A stretch of DNA of 64,000 bases from Abditibacterium sp. (GCA_965199495.1 CBDASK010000003.1:1184001-1248000); one strand, 5' to 3'. Counted from the stretch's first letter, positions 19,891-29,851 are shown. Numbers and translations are program-made. The notes: generated from the sequence alone by a model not told the origin.

Positions 19891-19991
19891 AATTCGAGAT
19901 GTCCTTTCATTATGGACTTACGCAGTTGGAGTTCTTTATCGTGCACTTTTAAGCGCTTTTGGTTTATCGTGCAGTTTCGGTTGCGCCGCGA

Positions 19992-20999
19992 TTAGTCTTT
20001 GCGGCCCAGCGCCCACAACAACAGCGCGCCCGCGCCCAGCAAAACGCCGGTTTTGAGCATCGGATTAGTTACAATTGCGGTATACGGGCTGACCGGAATG
20101 ATGGGCGTGTCTATCTCGCCGCGCTCTTTCAAGTCGCTACCCGCTTGATAAAGCGAGTCGGGCCGGTTTTTGGCCGGTTCGTTTTTGAGTTGAGCCGAAT
20201 ACATCGTGGCGCTCAAAACTTTGTCGCCCACTCCTGGGAAATACTGGCCCAGCATCGAGAGCATTTTGCCGCCGCCGCCCACAAAAACATCGCGTTGCGG
20301 CGCCCGCGCGCATTTGAGAATCGCGTCGGCCACCAAGTCGGGCGCGTAAACCGGCGGCGGCAACGTGGCTTCTTTGTCCATGTAATTGCGCGCGTGCTGG
20401 GCGAACGGAGTGCCAATGGCCGCCGGTTTAATCAGGCACAATTCGACGGGCACGCCTTCGTGCATTAGTTCCATGCGCAAGGCGTCGGTGAAACCCTTGA
20501 CCGCGTGCTTGGAAACCGTATACATGCTTTGAACTGGCAGGGCGACATCGGAAACCGTCGAACCGAGATTGATAATCACGCCGTTATTTTCGGCGTCGCG
20601 CGTCCGAAAATGCGCCGCCGCCGCCAAGCTGCCATAGACGATGCCCCAGAAATTGGTGTCGAACAAGCGGCGAAGGTCGGCGCTGGGCACGTCTTTCATT
20701 TCGCCATAAATCGCCAGACCCGCATCGTTAATCCAAGTGTCGAAGCCGCCGAAATGTTCGACCGCTTTTTGCGCCAGCGCCTTGACTTGATCTTCGTCGC
20801 CGACATCGGTAACAACGTAAATCGCCTCGCCGCCCTGCGCTTTGATTTCTTCGGTCAGTTGACGCAATGCGTCTTCGTTGCGCGCGGCCAGCACCAATTT
20901 GGCGCCCGCCTTGGCCGCTTTGCGCGCGGTAACTAAGCCGATGCCCGATGAGGCGCCGGTCAAAACAATGGTTTGTGCTTCAAGTGGTTTGATGGACAT
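19992..20999 (-). CDS. SDR family oxidoreductase
   Basis: TGASSGIG, INDAG, YTVSKHAV (YxxxK). Confidence 0.92.
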   Translation of the reverse strand: MSIKPLEAQTIVLTGASSGIGLVTARKAAKAGAKLVLAARNEDALRQLTEEIKAQGGEAIYVVTDVGDEDQVKALAQKAVEHFGGFDTWINDAGLAIYGEMKDVPSADLRRLFDTNFWGIVYGSLAAAAHFRTRDAENNGVIINLGSTVSDVALPVQSMYTVSKHAVKGFTDALRMELMHEGVPVELCLIKPAAIGTPFAQHARNYMDKEATLPPPVYAPDLVADAILKCARAPQRDVFVGGGGKMLSMLGQYFPGVGDKVLSATMYSAQLKNEPAKNRPDSLYQAGSDLKERGEIDTPIIPVSPYTAIVTNPMLKTGVLLGAGALLLWALGRKD

Positions 21000-21039
21000 G
21001 ATGAAAAATTTGAATTTGGTAAGTGTCAGTGCGCTCTTC

Positions 21040-21261
21040 GGCGCGCCCGGCTACAAGTTCGCACAGGTCGGCAACCTTCTGAACATGCCCGGCAATGAAT
21101 CGAACGAGGTCGACAACCTTCTGAACGTGCCCGGCAACGAATCGAACGAGGTCGGCAGCTAATCTAACGTGCCCGGCAACCAATCTAACGTGCCCGGCAG
21201 ACAATCTAACGAGGTCGGCAGACAATCTAACGAGGTCGGCAGCTAATCTAACGAGGTCGGC
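21040..21261. repeat. Intergenic 21-bp degenerate tandem repeat, about 11 units
   Basis: Units such as AACGTGCCCGGCAACGAATCG and AACGAGGTCGGCAGCTAATCT in exact 21-bp register, without spacers. Confidence 0.9.
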
Positions 21262-21297
21262 GACTTTTTCGCCGAACGGAAGGCCGCGCGCTTGGAA

Positions 21298-22467
21298 TCA
21301 CGGAACAAAAACCGCGCGGATGATGCCGTCTTCTTTGGAGCGGAACATTTCGTAGCCGCGCGGCGAATCTTCCAGCGAGAAGCGGTGCGTGGCCATATAC
21401 GAGGCGTCGAGTTGCCCGTTTTGCGCGAGTTCCAGCAGGCGCGGGACGTAGGCTTGGCCGTGTTGCTGCGCGGTTCGCACCGTCAGACCTTTGTTCATAA
21501 TCACGCCGAGAGGAAACGAATCCATCACGCCGTAAACGCCCAGAATGGACAAAACGCCGCCTTTGCGACACGCGATAATCGCTTGCCGCAAGGCCGAGCC
21601 TCGGTCGGTTTGAATGCGCAACGCCTGTTTGGCGCGGTCAACGGCGTAGTCGATACCTTCGCCGTGCGCTTCCATGCCGACGGCGTCAATGCAAGCGTCG
21701 GGGCCGCGCCCGCCGGTCATTTCGTGCAAAACTTCCAACACCGAATCCACTTCCTCGTAATTGATGGTTTCGGCCCCGGCGTGTTTGCGCGCCAGTTCTA
21801 AACGTTCCGGAAAGCGGTCAATGGCGATGACGCGCTCGGCGCCCAGAACTTTGGCGCCCTGCATCGCCGCCAACCCGACGCCGCCCGCACCCCACACCGC
21901 GACGACTTGGCCCGGTTTGATGTCGCAGAAATCGGCGCCCATGAACCCGGTCGGCACCGCATCAGAAGTGAAAAGCGCCTGTTCGTCGGTCAGGCCATCG
22001 GGCACTTTAAAGCAATCCACGTCGGCGTGCGGCACGCGCACATATTGGGCGTGGCTGCCCGCGTAGCCGCCAAAAGCGTGGGTGTAACCGTAAATGCCCG
22101 CCGTCGGATAACCCAGCAACGGCTCTTGCAAATGCGCGTTGGGATTGGTGTTATCGCAGCACGAATAGAGCTTGTTTTCGCAAAACCAGCAGTCGCCGCA
22201 ACACACGAAAGACGGCACCACCACGCGGTCGCCTTTTTTGACTGTCTTGACTTCTTTGCCGACTTCCTCGACGATTCCCATGAACTCGTGGCCGATAATA
22301 TCGCCCTCGCGCATGGTCGGAATGTAGCCGTCAATGAAGTGCAAATCGGAGCCGCAAGTCGTGCTCATGGTAACGCGCAAAATGATGTCGCGCGGGTTAA
22401 CGATGGTGGGATCGGGCACCGTTTCGACGCGCAGGTCGTTGATGCCATTCCAAATTAAAGCTCGCAT
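21298..22467 (-). CDS. Zinc-dependent alcohol/formaldehyde dehydrogenase-like protein
   Basis: CGSDLH, GHEFMG, CGDCWFC...C, GAGGVG, GPDACIDAVGMEAH. Confidence 0.9.
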   Translation of the reverse strand: MRALIWNGINDLRVETVPDPTIVNPRDIILRVTMSTTCGSDLHFIDGYIPTMREGDIIGHEFMGIVEEVGKEVKTVKKGDRVVVPSFVCCGDCWFCENKLYSCCDNTNPNAHLQEPLLGYPTAGIYGYTHAFGGYAGSHAQYVRVPHADVDCFKVPDGLTDEQALFTSDAVPTGFMGADFCDIKPGQVVAVWGAGGVGLAAMQGAKVLGAERVIAIDRFPERLELARKHAGAETINYEEVDSVLEVLHEMTGGRGPDACIDAVGMEAHGEGIDYAVDRAKQALRIQTDRGSALRQAIIACRKGGVLSILGVYGVMDSFPLGVIMNKGLTVRTAQQHGQAYVPRLLELAQNGQLDASYMATHRFSLEDSPRGYEMFRSKEDGIIRAVFVP

Positions 22468-22549
22468 GATGTTTGGTTATTTGGGGAGACAGACTTCTTA
22501 CAAAAGTCCGTTTTCCTGCCGAATGGAAGGCGCAGACTAACGTTCTCCA

Positions 22550-22640
22550 GTAGGGACATGGCCTGCCATGTCCGCTCGTAGGCAAATGTGTGAGCGCAAG
22601 GAAACTTTGACGCGCCGGACATGGCAGGCCATGTCCCTAC
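22550..22640. repeat. GTAG-type REP doublet (REPIN)
   Basis: GTAGGGACATGGCCTGCCATGTCCG (22550-22574) and its perfect reverse complement (22616-22640); GTAG followed by a short palindrome. Confidence 0.85.
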
Positions 22641-22653
22641 AAAGAGGTCGAAT

Positions 22654-23487
22654 CTAAAATGAATCGCCGGTGCCGCGCGCCGAAACGTTGCCTTTGAGCG
22701 TGGGAATTTCGCCGGTTTCGACCAACGCCTTGAAGTTGCGAAGCGCCTTGCTCGCCGCCGTCGAAGGCACGATTTCCAAGAACTTCGCCGCCGCTTCGCC
22801 CAGCGCTCCCAACGGCGGCTGAAAGTGCGCGTGCAAATGAACCTCGGTGCCGCGATCGCCGGGCGCACTTTTGAACTCGACGCGGCCCGAACTTTGAAGC
22901 GGCGCATCGGGCGCCGCTTCCCACGCGATGAACTCGCCCGCTTTTTTGTCGGTGGTTTGCGTCGTCCACTCCAAACTGCTGTTCAGTGGCAAGTCGGCGC
23001 GCCAGTGCATGGCGCCGTCATTTTGGGTTTCGATGTGTGCGACGTGCCCCAAAATCTGGTTCATGGTTTGTGGCTCCAGCCACAAATCGTAAAGCCGTTT
23101 GGCGTCGGCGTTGATGGTAATGAACGAGCTGACTTGCGTTGGATCGCCGGGATTGCGCGGCTTGGACGGACGTGCCAACGGCGCATCGGGCGCGCGTTCT
23201 CCGTCGGTTTTGGGCGTGGTATCGTGCGCACTGTCGAGACCGAACCACTGGTAAATCCGCGAATGTCCGGTCACGCCGCGCATCAGGCAAATGGTTCCCA
23301 CGACGGCGCCTAAAACAGTGGCGGGCGAACGGCGTTTGAAAGCGGTCAGCCACAGCGCGCCGCCCAGAAAAACCGAGGCCGCGCGTTCGGCTTCGCCGAT
23401 GTTGACGCCGTGCGTCGAAAGCGGAAAAACCATCCGTTTATCCGATGCGGAAGCCGAGAGAGAAGATTGAGTTTGGTCGGGTTTCAT
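22654..23487 (-). CDS. SRPBCC (polyketide cyclase-like) protein with N-terminal DUF2892/YgaP-like membrane segment
   Basis: NIGEAERAAS...RGVTGHS..Y; ITIN...LY..W...EW...I.W....GRVEF..APGDRGTEV...LRNFKALVETGEIPT; start uncertain (23487 or upstream). Confidence 0.85.
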   Translation of the reverse strand: MKPDQTQSSLSASASDKRMVFPLSTHGVNIGEAERAASVFLGGALWLTAFKRRSPATVLGAVVGTICLMRGVTGHSRIYQWFGLDSAHDTTPKTDGERAPDAPLARPSKPRNPGDPTQVSSFITINADAKRLYDLWLEPQTMNQILGHVAHIETQNDGAMHWRADLPLNSSLEWTTQTTDKKAGEFIAWEAAPDAPLQSSGRVEFKSAPGDRGTEVHLHAHFQPPLGALGEAAAKFLEIVPSTAASKALRNFKALVETGEIPTLKGNVSARGTGDSF

Positions 23488-24088
23488 CGCGTTTTGGGCC
23501 ACGTCTATCGCGCACGAATCCGCGTTCTGGCCGCCAAACAGAGGGAGCAACGCATGTGCCGCCATATGCCAAAAGTTCAAGCGTTTTCACTGTCTAAACA
23601 GGAGAAACTTCCCCCTAAATCAAACAACTTTAGCGAAATTAACAAAATGTTCTAAAACATCGAATCAAAAGCCGTGATATTGAACTTTCGCGCTTAACGT
23701 TCGGTAAGCAAAAAAGTGAGTTCGCTTTCCGCGCATGATCTCGGACTTCGATAATGAGTGAGTTTGGCTCGTGTTGTGAAGCATTAGGAACAGGAAACTC
23801 ACGCGACCTATGATGTCTCAGGCCGATTCCATCGCGGAGCCGCCAATGCGCGATATTGGACGGTTGGGCGAGACGACCCAAAGCTGGCCTAACTTGTAGC
23901 AGGTGATAGGAACTTCTCGAAAACGGTCGGTTTCGAGAACATCGAAGCGCGCCTATCGAAACACAGACGCGCTTTTGTTTCATCATCGGGTCCAACCTGA
24001 TTTCTTCTTGATTCATCGAGTTGGGCACTTTTCCTTTTTTTACTCTCAGCCAGATTCGTTAGCTTCGATCGCCGCCTATCGTGCACTT

Positions 24089-24403
24089 TTAGGCGCTCTT
24101 TTCTTCTTCGCGTGTGTTGCTTGCTAAGAGATGGGAACCCTCGATAACCCCGTCAATCATCTCAAGTTTGTGCATTTCTATGTCAGCCAATGCTATTTGC
24201 AGCGCGTTCTCGCCTTTTTCTGTTATCCAGTAAAACTCCTGCCATCTGTTCAAATAGCCCTTCTCCTGCAACCAGCCTAACGCGTCTTGTGTCGACGAGA
24301 CTGCATCGGGACAACCCTCATCGCGTGCTTTTGCGTCAATTGGCATCGTGGAATTTTTGTAATCCCTGATTGCGTGTAGCGTTCTCCGCTGAGGACCAGT
24401 CAT
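24089..24403 (-). CDS. Small hypothetical protein, possible winged helix
   Basis: ALGWLQEKGYL....FYWITEKG resembles a wHTH wing. Confidence 0.5.
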   Translation of the reverse strand: MTGPQRRTLHAIRDYKNSTMPIDAKARDEGCPDAVSSTQDALGWLQEKGYLNRWQEFYWITEKGENALQIALADIEMHKLEMIDGVIEGSHLLASNTREEEKSA

Positions 24404-25019
24404 TACCAATAAGTTTAATAAGAAAGCGCGCTCGTCTTCTGATGGGCGCGTTTTTCTGGCGCCATCTCATTGAATCACTCGAAAGGGTTGGGGGTTCTAC
24501 TATCTTTCACTGAGCGCGTTTCACGCCTGTTTATGGTCTTCATAAGCTGCTCTAAAATCGCAGTCTGAATGCTTGATGGAGAATCCCGTAAATTATCGTG
24601 GGCTTTGGAGTGCCCCTGTTCTAATTGTTCCTACAGGGCAAAAGCGATGCGCCTTTTCTGGGGGTCGAGTGTGTTTTGTATGATGGTAATTTTACCCAAA
24701 CGTTAACCCCTATGCGGAAGCCGTGTTGGGAAACCGCTTGTGATTAAAAGACTTTGGCGGCTCTGGCTTCAATCGTTGGGCGCTGGAAGCGTCACCAACT
24801 TTCACCAACTTGAAAAGACTTGAATAGTTCAAGATTGAAAAAGATTGATTGATCAAAGTTTGGCCGTCGCCGAAAGTGCCCAACTTTACACAATTCCGTT
24901 CATATCCACTTCTAATAACCTTATTTCTGTATTACCTATTAACGCTTGCCAAAAGGGAACTAAGATTGATTTTGAGGGCATTATATAATTAGGAATTAAA
25001 GTCCTCTCCCGACGTATTT

Positions 25020-25739
25020 ATGTCATATTCCCACACCCGTTCTGCATTTACCCTTATCGAGCTTCTTGTTGTCATCGCCATTATTGGTATTCTGGCAGCG
25101 ATTTTGTTTCCAGTGTTTGCACGCGCCCGTGAAAACGCCCGCCGTGCTTCGTGCATCAGTAATCTGAAGCAGATGGGTTTGGGCATCGCACTTTATCGCG
25201 GCGATTATGATAGCATGAATCCCCATCATCGTCAGTGCCCTGATACCCCCAACGATCCGTTTTGTAAGGGCGCCAGCCCAACCACTCCAACCGGCGTTAA
25301 CGAAATTTGGTGGGCGCCCTACGATAACTCGGTCGACCCCGCCGCCACTGTGGTGACTTCGCAATACAAAGAAGGTTTGTTAATGCCCTACATCAAAAGC
25401 ACGCAAATCTTCAAATGTCCTTCGGCGACCGAATGGCAAGTCGGCTACGCGATGAGCTACATTTCCAACGGGCCGATGGGCAAAAACGAGGCGGAAGTGG
25501 TCAACCCGGGCGCGCTTTACGTGTGGGATCACGCGCGCACGCCGGGATGCGCCGACACGCGCGTTCTGCCGCACGCATCGGATGCGCCGTGGCAACCGTT
25601 CCCTGTCGCATCGGACACCGCGCACACGCATTATCCGTTTCGCCACAGCGAAGGCTTCGTTGGTCTACGCGTGGACGGTGGCGTCAAATTCCGCAAACCA
25701 TCGAGCCTGACCGACGCCGATTTTAACGCACTTTCGTAA
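25020..25739 (+). CDS. Prepilin-type N-terminal cleavage/methylation (DUF1559-like) protein
   Basis: [43 protein letters not shown]...YD...IFKCPS...RHSEG.....DGGVK. Confidence 0.92.
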   Translation: MSYSHTRSAFTLIELLVVIAIIGILAAILFPVFARARENARRASCISNLKQMGLGIALYRGDYDSMNPHHRQCPDTPNDPFCKGASPTTPTGVNEIWWAPYDNSVDPAATVVTSQYKEGLLMPYIKSTQIFKCPSATEWQVGYAMSYISNGPMGKNEAEVVNPGALYVWDHARTPGCADTRVLPHASDAPWQPFPVASDTAHTHYPFRHSEGFVGLRVDGGVKFRKPSSLTDADFNALS

Positions 25740-26053
25740 TTTTACTTACTCTGTGCCACTAAACCCATCAAGGAGCAGGGGCACGAGTTCTAATTCTTCT
25801 CTAGCTTCTTACAATTCGTCTTAAAACGGTTGTTTATAATAACGTAAGAGAACCACTTGCGCGGGGTTGTTCTGAGCTTTTCATAAAACTTGATTTTGCT
25901 GCTATAAGCCGCGACAACTAGAAAGTGAGTTGACCAATTTTGATTGCTCCCACGCAACGCCCTGAGATTGTCAAAGTTGCAGTGGACATTTGGGCGTTGT
26001 GGCAGAGACAGTTTCTTTCTTAAAGTCCACCCTAATATTAGTGAGTCACTTTC

Positions 26054-28189
26054 TCAGCAACAAGCCACGGAAACCGGCAAAGTCGCGCGATCCGTCGCCG
26101 CCGAAGGCGAAGAGTGCATCCGGTGAGTCGTGCGCAGCGCCAGCGTCGCAGCATTCACGTCTTCAATTTGCGCCGTGACCGCTTTGGCCGATGTTGCCGT
26201 GCCATTGTTGCGTTTCCCCTTGGCGGGCCGATTGGCGTCGGGCGCCTCGAAGCGATAGGTAACGTGAACCATCGCCGTGCGTTGCTTGCCGCGCGGCGCA
26301 TTTGGATCAAACAGCGATTCGACTTCGATAGCCGCCACCAGCTCTTCCACGATGCGCCGTTTGGTTTCCCATGTTAGTTCACCATCACCCGTTGCATCCA
26401 ACTTGAGTCTCAAGCGGTCGAGCAATTCGCCCGCGCTATCCAAGGCGCCCTGCGAGTTGCGCGCGCGCTCCCACTCGCCCAACAACCGCTCGCGCTCTTT
26501 TTCCAGTGCGCTATGCTCGCCCGCGATTTCGGCGAGCTGAGTTTCGAGGTCGCCTTCGGTCATCGCGCCGCGCCGGAACAGGCGATAGAGCGTGGCGCGT
26601 TGCTGTTCATGCCCACTCACCAGTTGATCCAGACGGTCGAGTTCGCTCTTGGCCTTGTCCGGGTCGGCGCCACGCGAGAGCAGTTCGGCGCGCAATTGGT
26701 CGATCACCTCACCCGGCTCCTTGAGAAAGCCCGCGATGTCGCTCCACACCAACTGTTCCAACTCGAGGGCGCGAATGTGACCCGACGAGCAGCGTTTATC
26801 CAACTTGCCGTAGCTCTGGTGTGAGCCGTTCTTGCCGTTGCACAGATAATACTTTCGCAGCACCAAATCGCCCCGCACTTCGAGTCCGGCGCGTTCTTCG
26901 ACCGGCACGCGCTCGAGCTTGCGGCCTTCGCTCACCGTGCCCACGTAGGTCAGGCCGCAGTGGACACACTTGATCAGACCGCGCAGCAGGTATTTGCGTT
27001 TGACGATGTCGGGGCGGCACAGCCGGTTGCGCCGCAGCGTCTCCTGCGCCCGCGCCCACAATTCTGCGTCCACAATCGCCGGAACCGCGCGCTCGATGAG
27101 CACGGTCTCGGCTTGTGTGCTGCCCGCGGACCCCGCGGCTTTGCGCGAGCGGCGTTTGCCCCAGGTGTGGGTGCCCTTGTAGGTCGTCTCGACCAACATG
27201 TTGCGCACGCGCCCTGCCCGCCACACGCCACGCGTGGCCACCCTACGCTTGCCACGACCGGCTTTTGAGTTATCACCGTTGGCGTTTGAGTCGGTAACAC
27301 CACCCTGCCCTTCTGCGTCGTTCGTGTCAGTGTCGTGCACTTTTGCAGCGTGCACATCTGCGGCGGCGCCGTTGACCAAACTCGCCGATGGCGGCACTTT
27401 GCGGCCGTCGCGGGTGTAGGAAGTCGGCACCCCCCGCGCGTTCAAACGGTTGGCGATCTCGATACAGGAGACGCCCTCGTCGCCCGACCAGCGGTAAACC
27501 AGTTGCATCACCTCGACCTCGCTCAGGCCGGTGCGCGCATCAACTTCGGTCGAAAGCACAAGTCTGGCTTCGCGGTCTTTGCCCTCCACGCGGTAGCCAT
27601 AGGGCACGATGCCGCCAAGCCAGGTGCCCTCGCGGGCCAAACGGTGCGTGGCGTCTCGCGAGCGGCGCAGCGTGTTCTCGCGCTCCAGCTTGCCGATGGC
27701 ACTCTGAAAGGTGAACATCGCCCGCCCGATCGGGGTGTCCAGCTCGATGCTTTCGGCCACGCCGTAAACTCGCACGCCCAACTCGTCATGCAGCGTGCGC
27801 GCCGCCATCTCGTTGACCAAAACGTCCCGCCCGATGCGGTCGGACTTGTAAACCACCAGGGATTTGAACTGGCCCGCCCGCGCATCACGGAGCAACCGCG
27901 CGCCCGCCGGACGCGCTTCGAGGGGCAAGGTGCCGCTCACGCCGTCGTCGCAGTAGACCTCGCCCAGACGCCAGCCCCGGGCGCGGCACTCGGCTTCGAT
28001 GCACTCGATCTGGGTGCAGATGCTCTCTTTCTCGCGCTGCAAATCGGTCGAAACCCGCGCGTAGCCCACCACGGTTGGCGGGATGACGTTTTGCGGGATC
28101 ACCGTCTGCGTTGGGGCGAGAGTGTTGGCGATATTAGTCGCAGCAATAGTAGCGGAAGCGCCGTGCGTGGCGCGAATTTGTGAGTTCAT
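26054..28189 (-). CDS. Large serine recombinase (integrase)
   Basis: GYARVST (catalytic Ser), DDGVSG, DRIGR, GGIVPYGY, PAIVDAELW, Zn ribbon LLRGLIKCVHCG...YYLC...C, coiled coil; ATG at 28189 preferred. Confidence 0.95.
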   Translation of the reverse strand: MNSQIRATHGASATIAATNIANTLAPTQTVIPQNVIPPTVVGYARVSTDLQREKESICTQIECIEAECRARGWRLGEVYCDDGVSGTLPLEARPAGARLLRDARAGQFKSLVVYKSDRIGRDVLVNEMAARTLHDELGVRVYGVAESIELDTPIGRAMFTFQSAIGKLERENTLRRSRDATHRLAREGTWLGGIVPYGYRVEGKDREARLVLSTEVDARTGLSEVEVMQLVYRWSGDEGVSCIEIANRLNARGVPTSYTRDGRKVPPSASLVNGAAADVHAAKVHDTDTNDAEGQGGVTDSNANGDNSKAGRGKRRVATRGVWRAGRVRNMLVETTYKGTHTWGKRRSRKAAGSAGSTQAETVLIERAVPAIVDAELWARAQETLRRNRLCRPDIVKRKYLLRGLIKCVHCGLTYVGTVSEGRKLERVPVEERAGLEVRGDLVLRKYYLCNGKNGSHQSYGKLDKRCSSGHIRALELEQLVWSDIAGFLKEPGEVIDQLRAELLSRGADPDKAKSELDRLDQLVSGHEQQRATLYRLFRRGAMTEGDLETQLAEIAGEHSALEKERERLLGEWERARNSQGALDSAGELLDRLRLKLDATGDGELTWETKRRIVEELVAAIEVESLFDPNAPRGKQRTAMVHVTYRFEAPDANRPAKGKRNNGTATSAKAVTAQIEDVNAATLALRTTHRMHSSPSAATDRATLPVSVACC

Positions 28190-28452
28190 GGGAGCGGGAA
28201 ACCGCACGGAATTGTGATAAATTCGTGCGAGTATTTTTCCGACGCGCGGGAAAATTTTCTGGTTTCTGGCGCGAGTTACGGGAATTTAAGCACGCTTCAA
28301 AGCACCCGCTTGCCCAGCCCTTAACGTGTGAGAAAAGCGGGTGCCATGACTAAATTCATAATTTCCTAATATGTAAGATGGAGCTGATAGATTGTTGTGC
28401 TATTGCCGATTTGGGTTGGAGATGTCCCTTGCAGGATTTTCGGTTGTCCCCC

Positions 28453-28779
28453 TTACAATGAGTCGTCGGTTGGCGATGAGTCAATGAGCGGTGGATCAAC
28501 GAACGATGGATCAGTGGCCAGCAGGCGCAAGGCCTTAAGCTGGTTCCGCTCGTCGGGCGCGTAAGTTCGCACCAGACGCAATGCTCCACCGGCAGGCGGA
28601 TTTTGGCCGACCGGTTCTTCCGACGTGCCGTTTTTCAAGACGCCCGTCTTAGCGCGCGACGGGGCTTCCGTTGCGTTCTCGATATCACCGGGGGCGCGCG
28701 ATACTTCCGGGGCCACAGGAACCGCTTCCTGACGAGAAGAAAGACGCGAAGAAAAAGGCAAAGAGTGGCTGTGTGTCAT
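28453..28779 (-). CDS. Small protein upstream of integrase (candidate recombination directionality factor)
   Basis: Co-oriented upstream of the integrase; compact motif LRLVRTYAPDERNQLKALRLL. Confidence 0.5.
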   Translation of the reverse strand: MTHSHSLPFSSRLSSRQEAVPVAPEVSRAPGDIENATEAPSRAKTGVLKNGTSEEPVGQNPPAGGALRLVRTYAPDERNQLKALRLLATDPSFVDPPLIDSSPTDDSL

Positions 28780-28994
28780 AGCAGTTGAAATTTACGAAGC
28801 GCGTTTGCTGTGAGCGAGCGTTCTCTGCGCAAAGTCGGGCAAGTAGAAGATGAAGGTTTTTCGACCTTCGGTTTTCCCGTCGACAATCTTTAGCGGCAAG
28901 TTCCAAAGGTAGTTCCTTTTTCGGATTCCTTTTTCATTTATTTTCTCCGTCCATTTCTCATTCCGTGCTTTTCGCCAGTAGCGGGGCCAGTAGC

Positions 28995-29051
28995 GGGGGC
29001 AGCCCCACCACCCCCACCCCTAAAAGGGGTGGGGGTGGTGGGGCTGCCCCC
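28995..29051. repeat. Perfect 27-bp inverted repeat with 3-nt loop, preceded by tandem direct repeat
   Basis: GGGGGCAGCCCCACCACCCCCACCCCT-aaa-AGGGGTGGGGGTGGTGGGGCTGCCCCC; CCAGTAGCGGGG twice just upstream. Confidence 0.95.
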
Positions 29052-29851
29052 CTTAGGCTGAAAACGGCGATAAAAAAGGGCACCAAAATCTGCCTCGCAC
29101 TCTCCTCGCGTTCTTCTCGCGTTGAGGTTGGATTGATCGCCTCGACCGCCTCTGAGGTGTAATTTCAACGTGGTATTTTGGAAAGAGGAGGATTGGCAGC
29201 CGTTCTTTGGAGCGAATTTTCACGAGACTTTTCTCGACAGAACTTTTCGAGGACGCTGGCAAGCGGATCTATATTAACATGGTTTGGCTCGCCGCTTTTT
29301 TCCAACAACGATCCCAACGTGAAGGTTCTCGCGCGAAGGTTCCACCGGTTTGCGCGAAAGTCCGGATGCTCAGATTTGGCCGACTAATATGTCAAAAAAC
29401 ATTTCGTCAAATGTTAACACTTTGTATCAAAAAGAACCATAGTGGAGATCGGCATGGCACGATTTTCCGTTCGTTTATACGCCCCCTTATATAGAGGGCG
29501 GCATTGCCGAGACGATCTTTCGGTGCGCGCCGCGATTATCGTGGCAAGTTGCGATGAAGCGGTCGTCACGATCGAACGGGTAAAGTTCGTTGAACACTTC
29601 AGTTGTCGAGATTTAGCGGTCGATGTTTTTTAAGAATGCCGCGAATTACAATTGGCAAGAGCCGATTAACGAGATGTATGCAAAGGTCGGCGCGATGTTC
29701 TGAAAACCACGGAAACAGACATGTGAAAACCGATCTTTGGATGCGCCCGTTGAGTTCGCTCGCGTTGAACCACTCTTTAGGATCAAGAACGCGCGATGAT
29801 GGTCTCACTTTGGTGGCCTGATTTATGTGCGCGATGACAACGATGACAACT

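Noticed and set aside
21040..21261. CRISPR array
   Set aside because: Units are contiguous 21-mers with no unique spacers, and no cas genes are present.
23639..24086. Short ORFs between the SRPBCC gene and 24089
   Set aside because: No family motifs; overlapping alternative frames; likely non-coding.
28938..29168. 76-aa ORF across the 27-bp hairpin
   Set aside because: Low-complexity translation of the hairpin itself; no other coding support.
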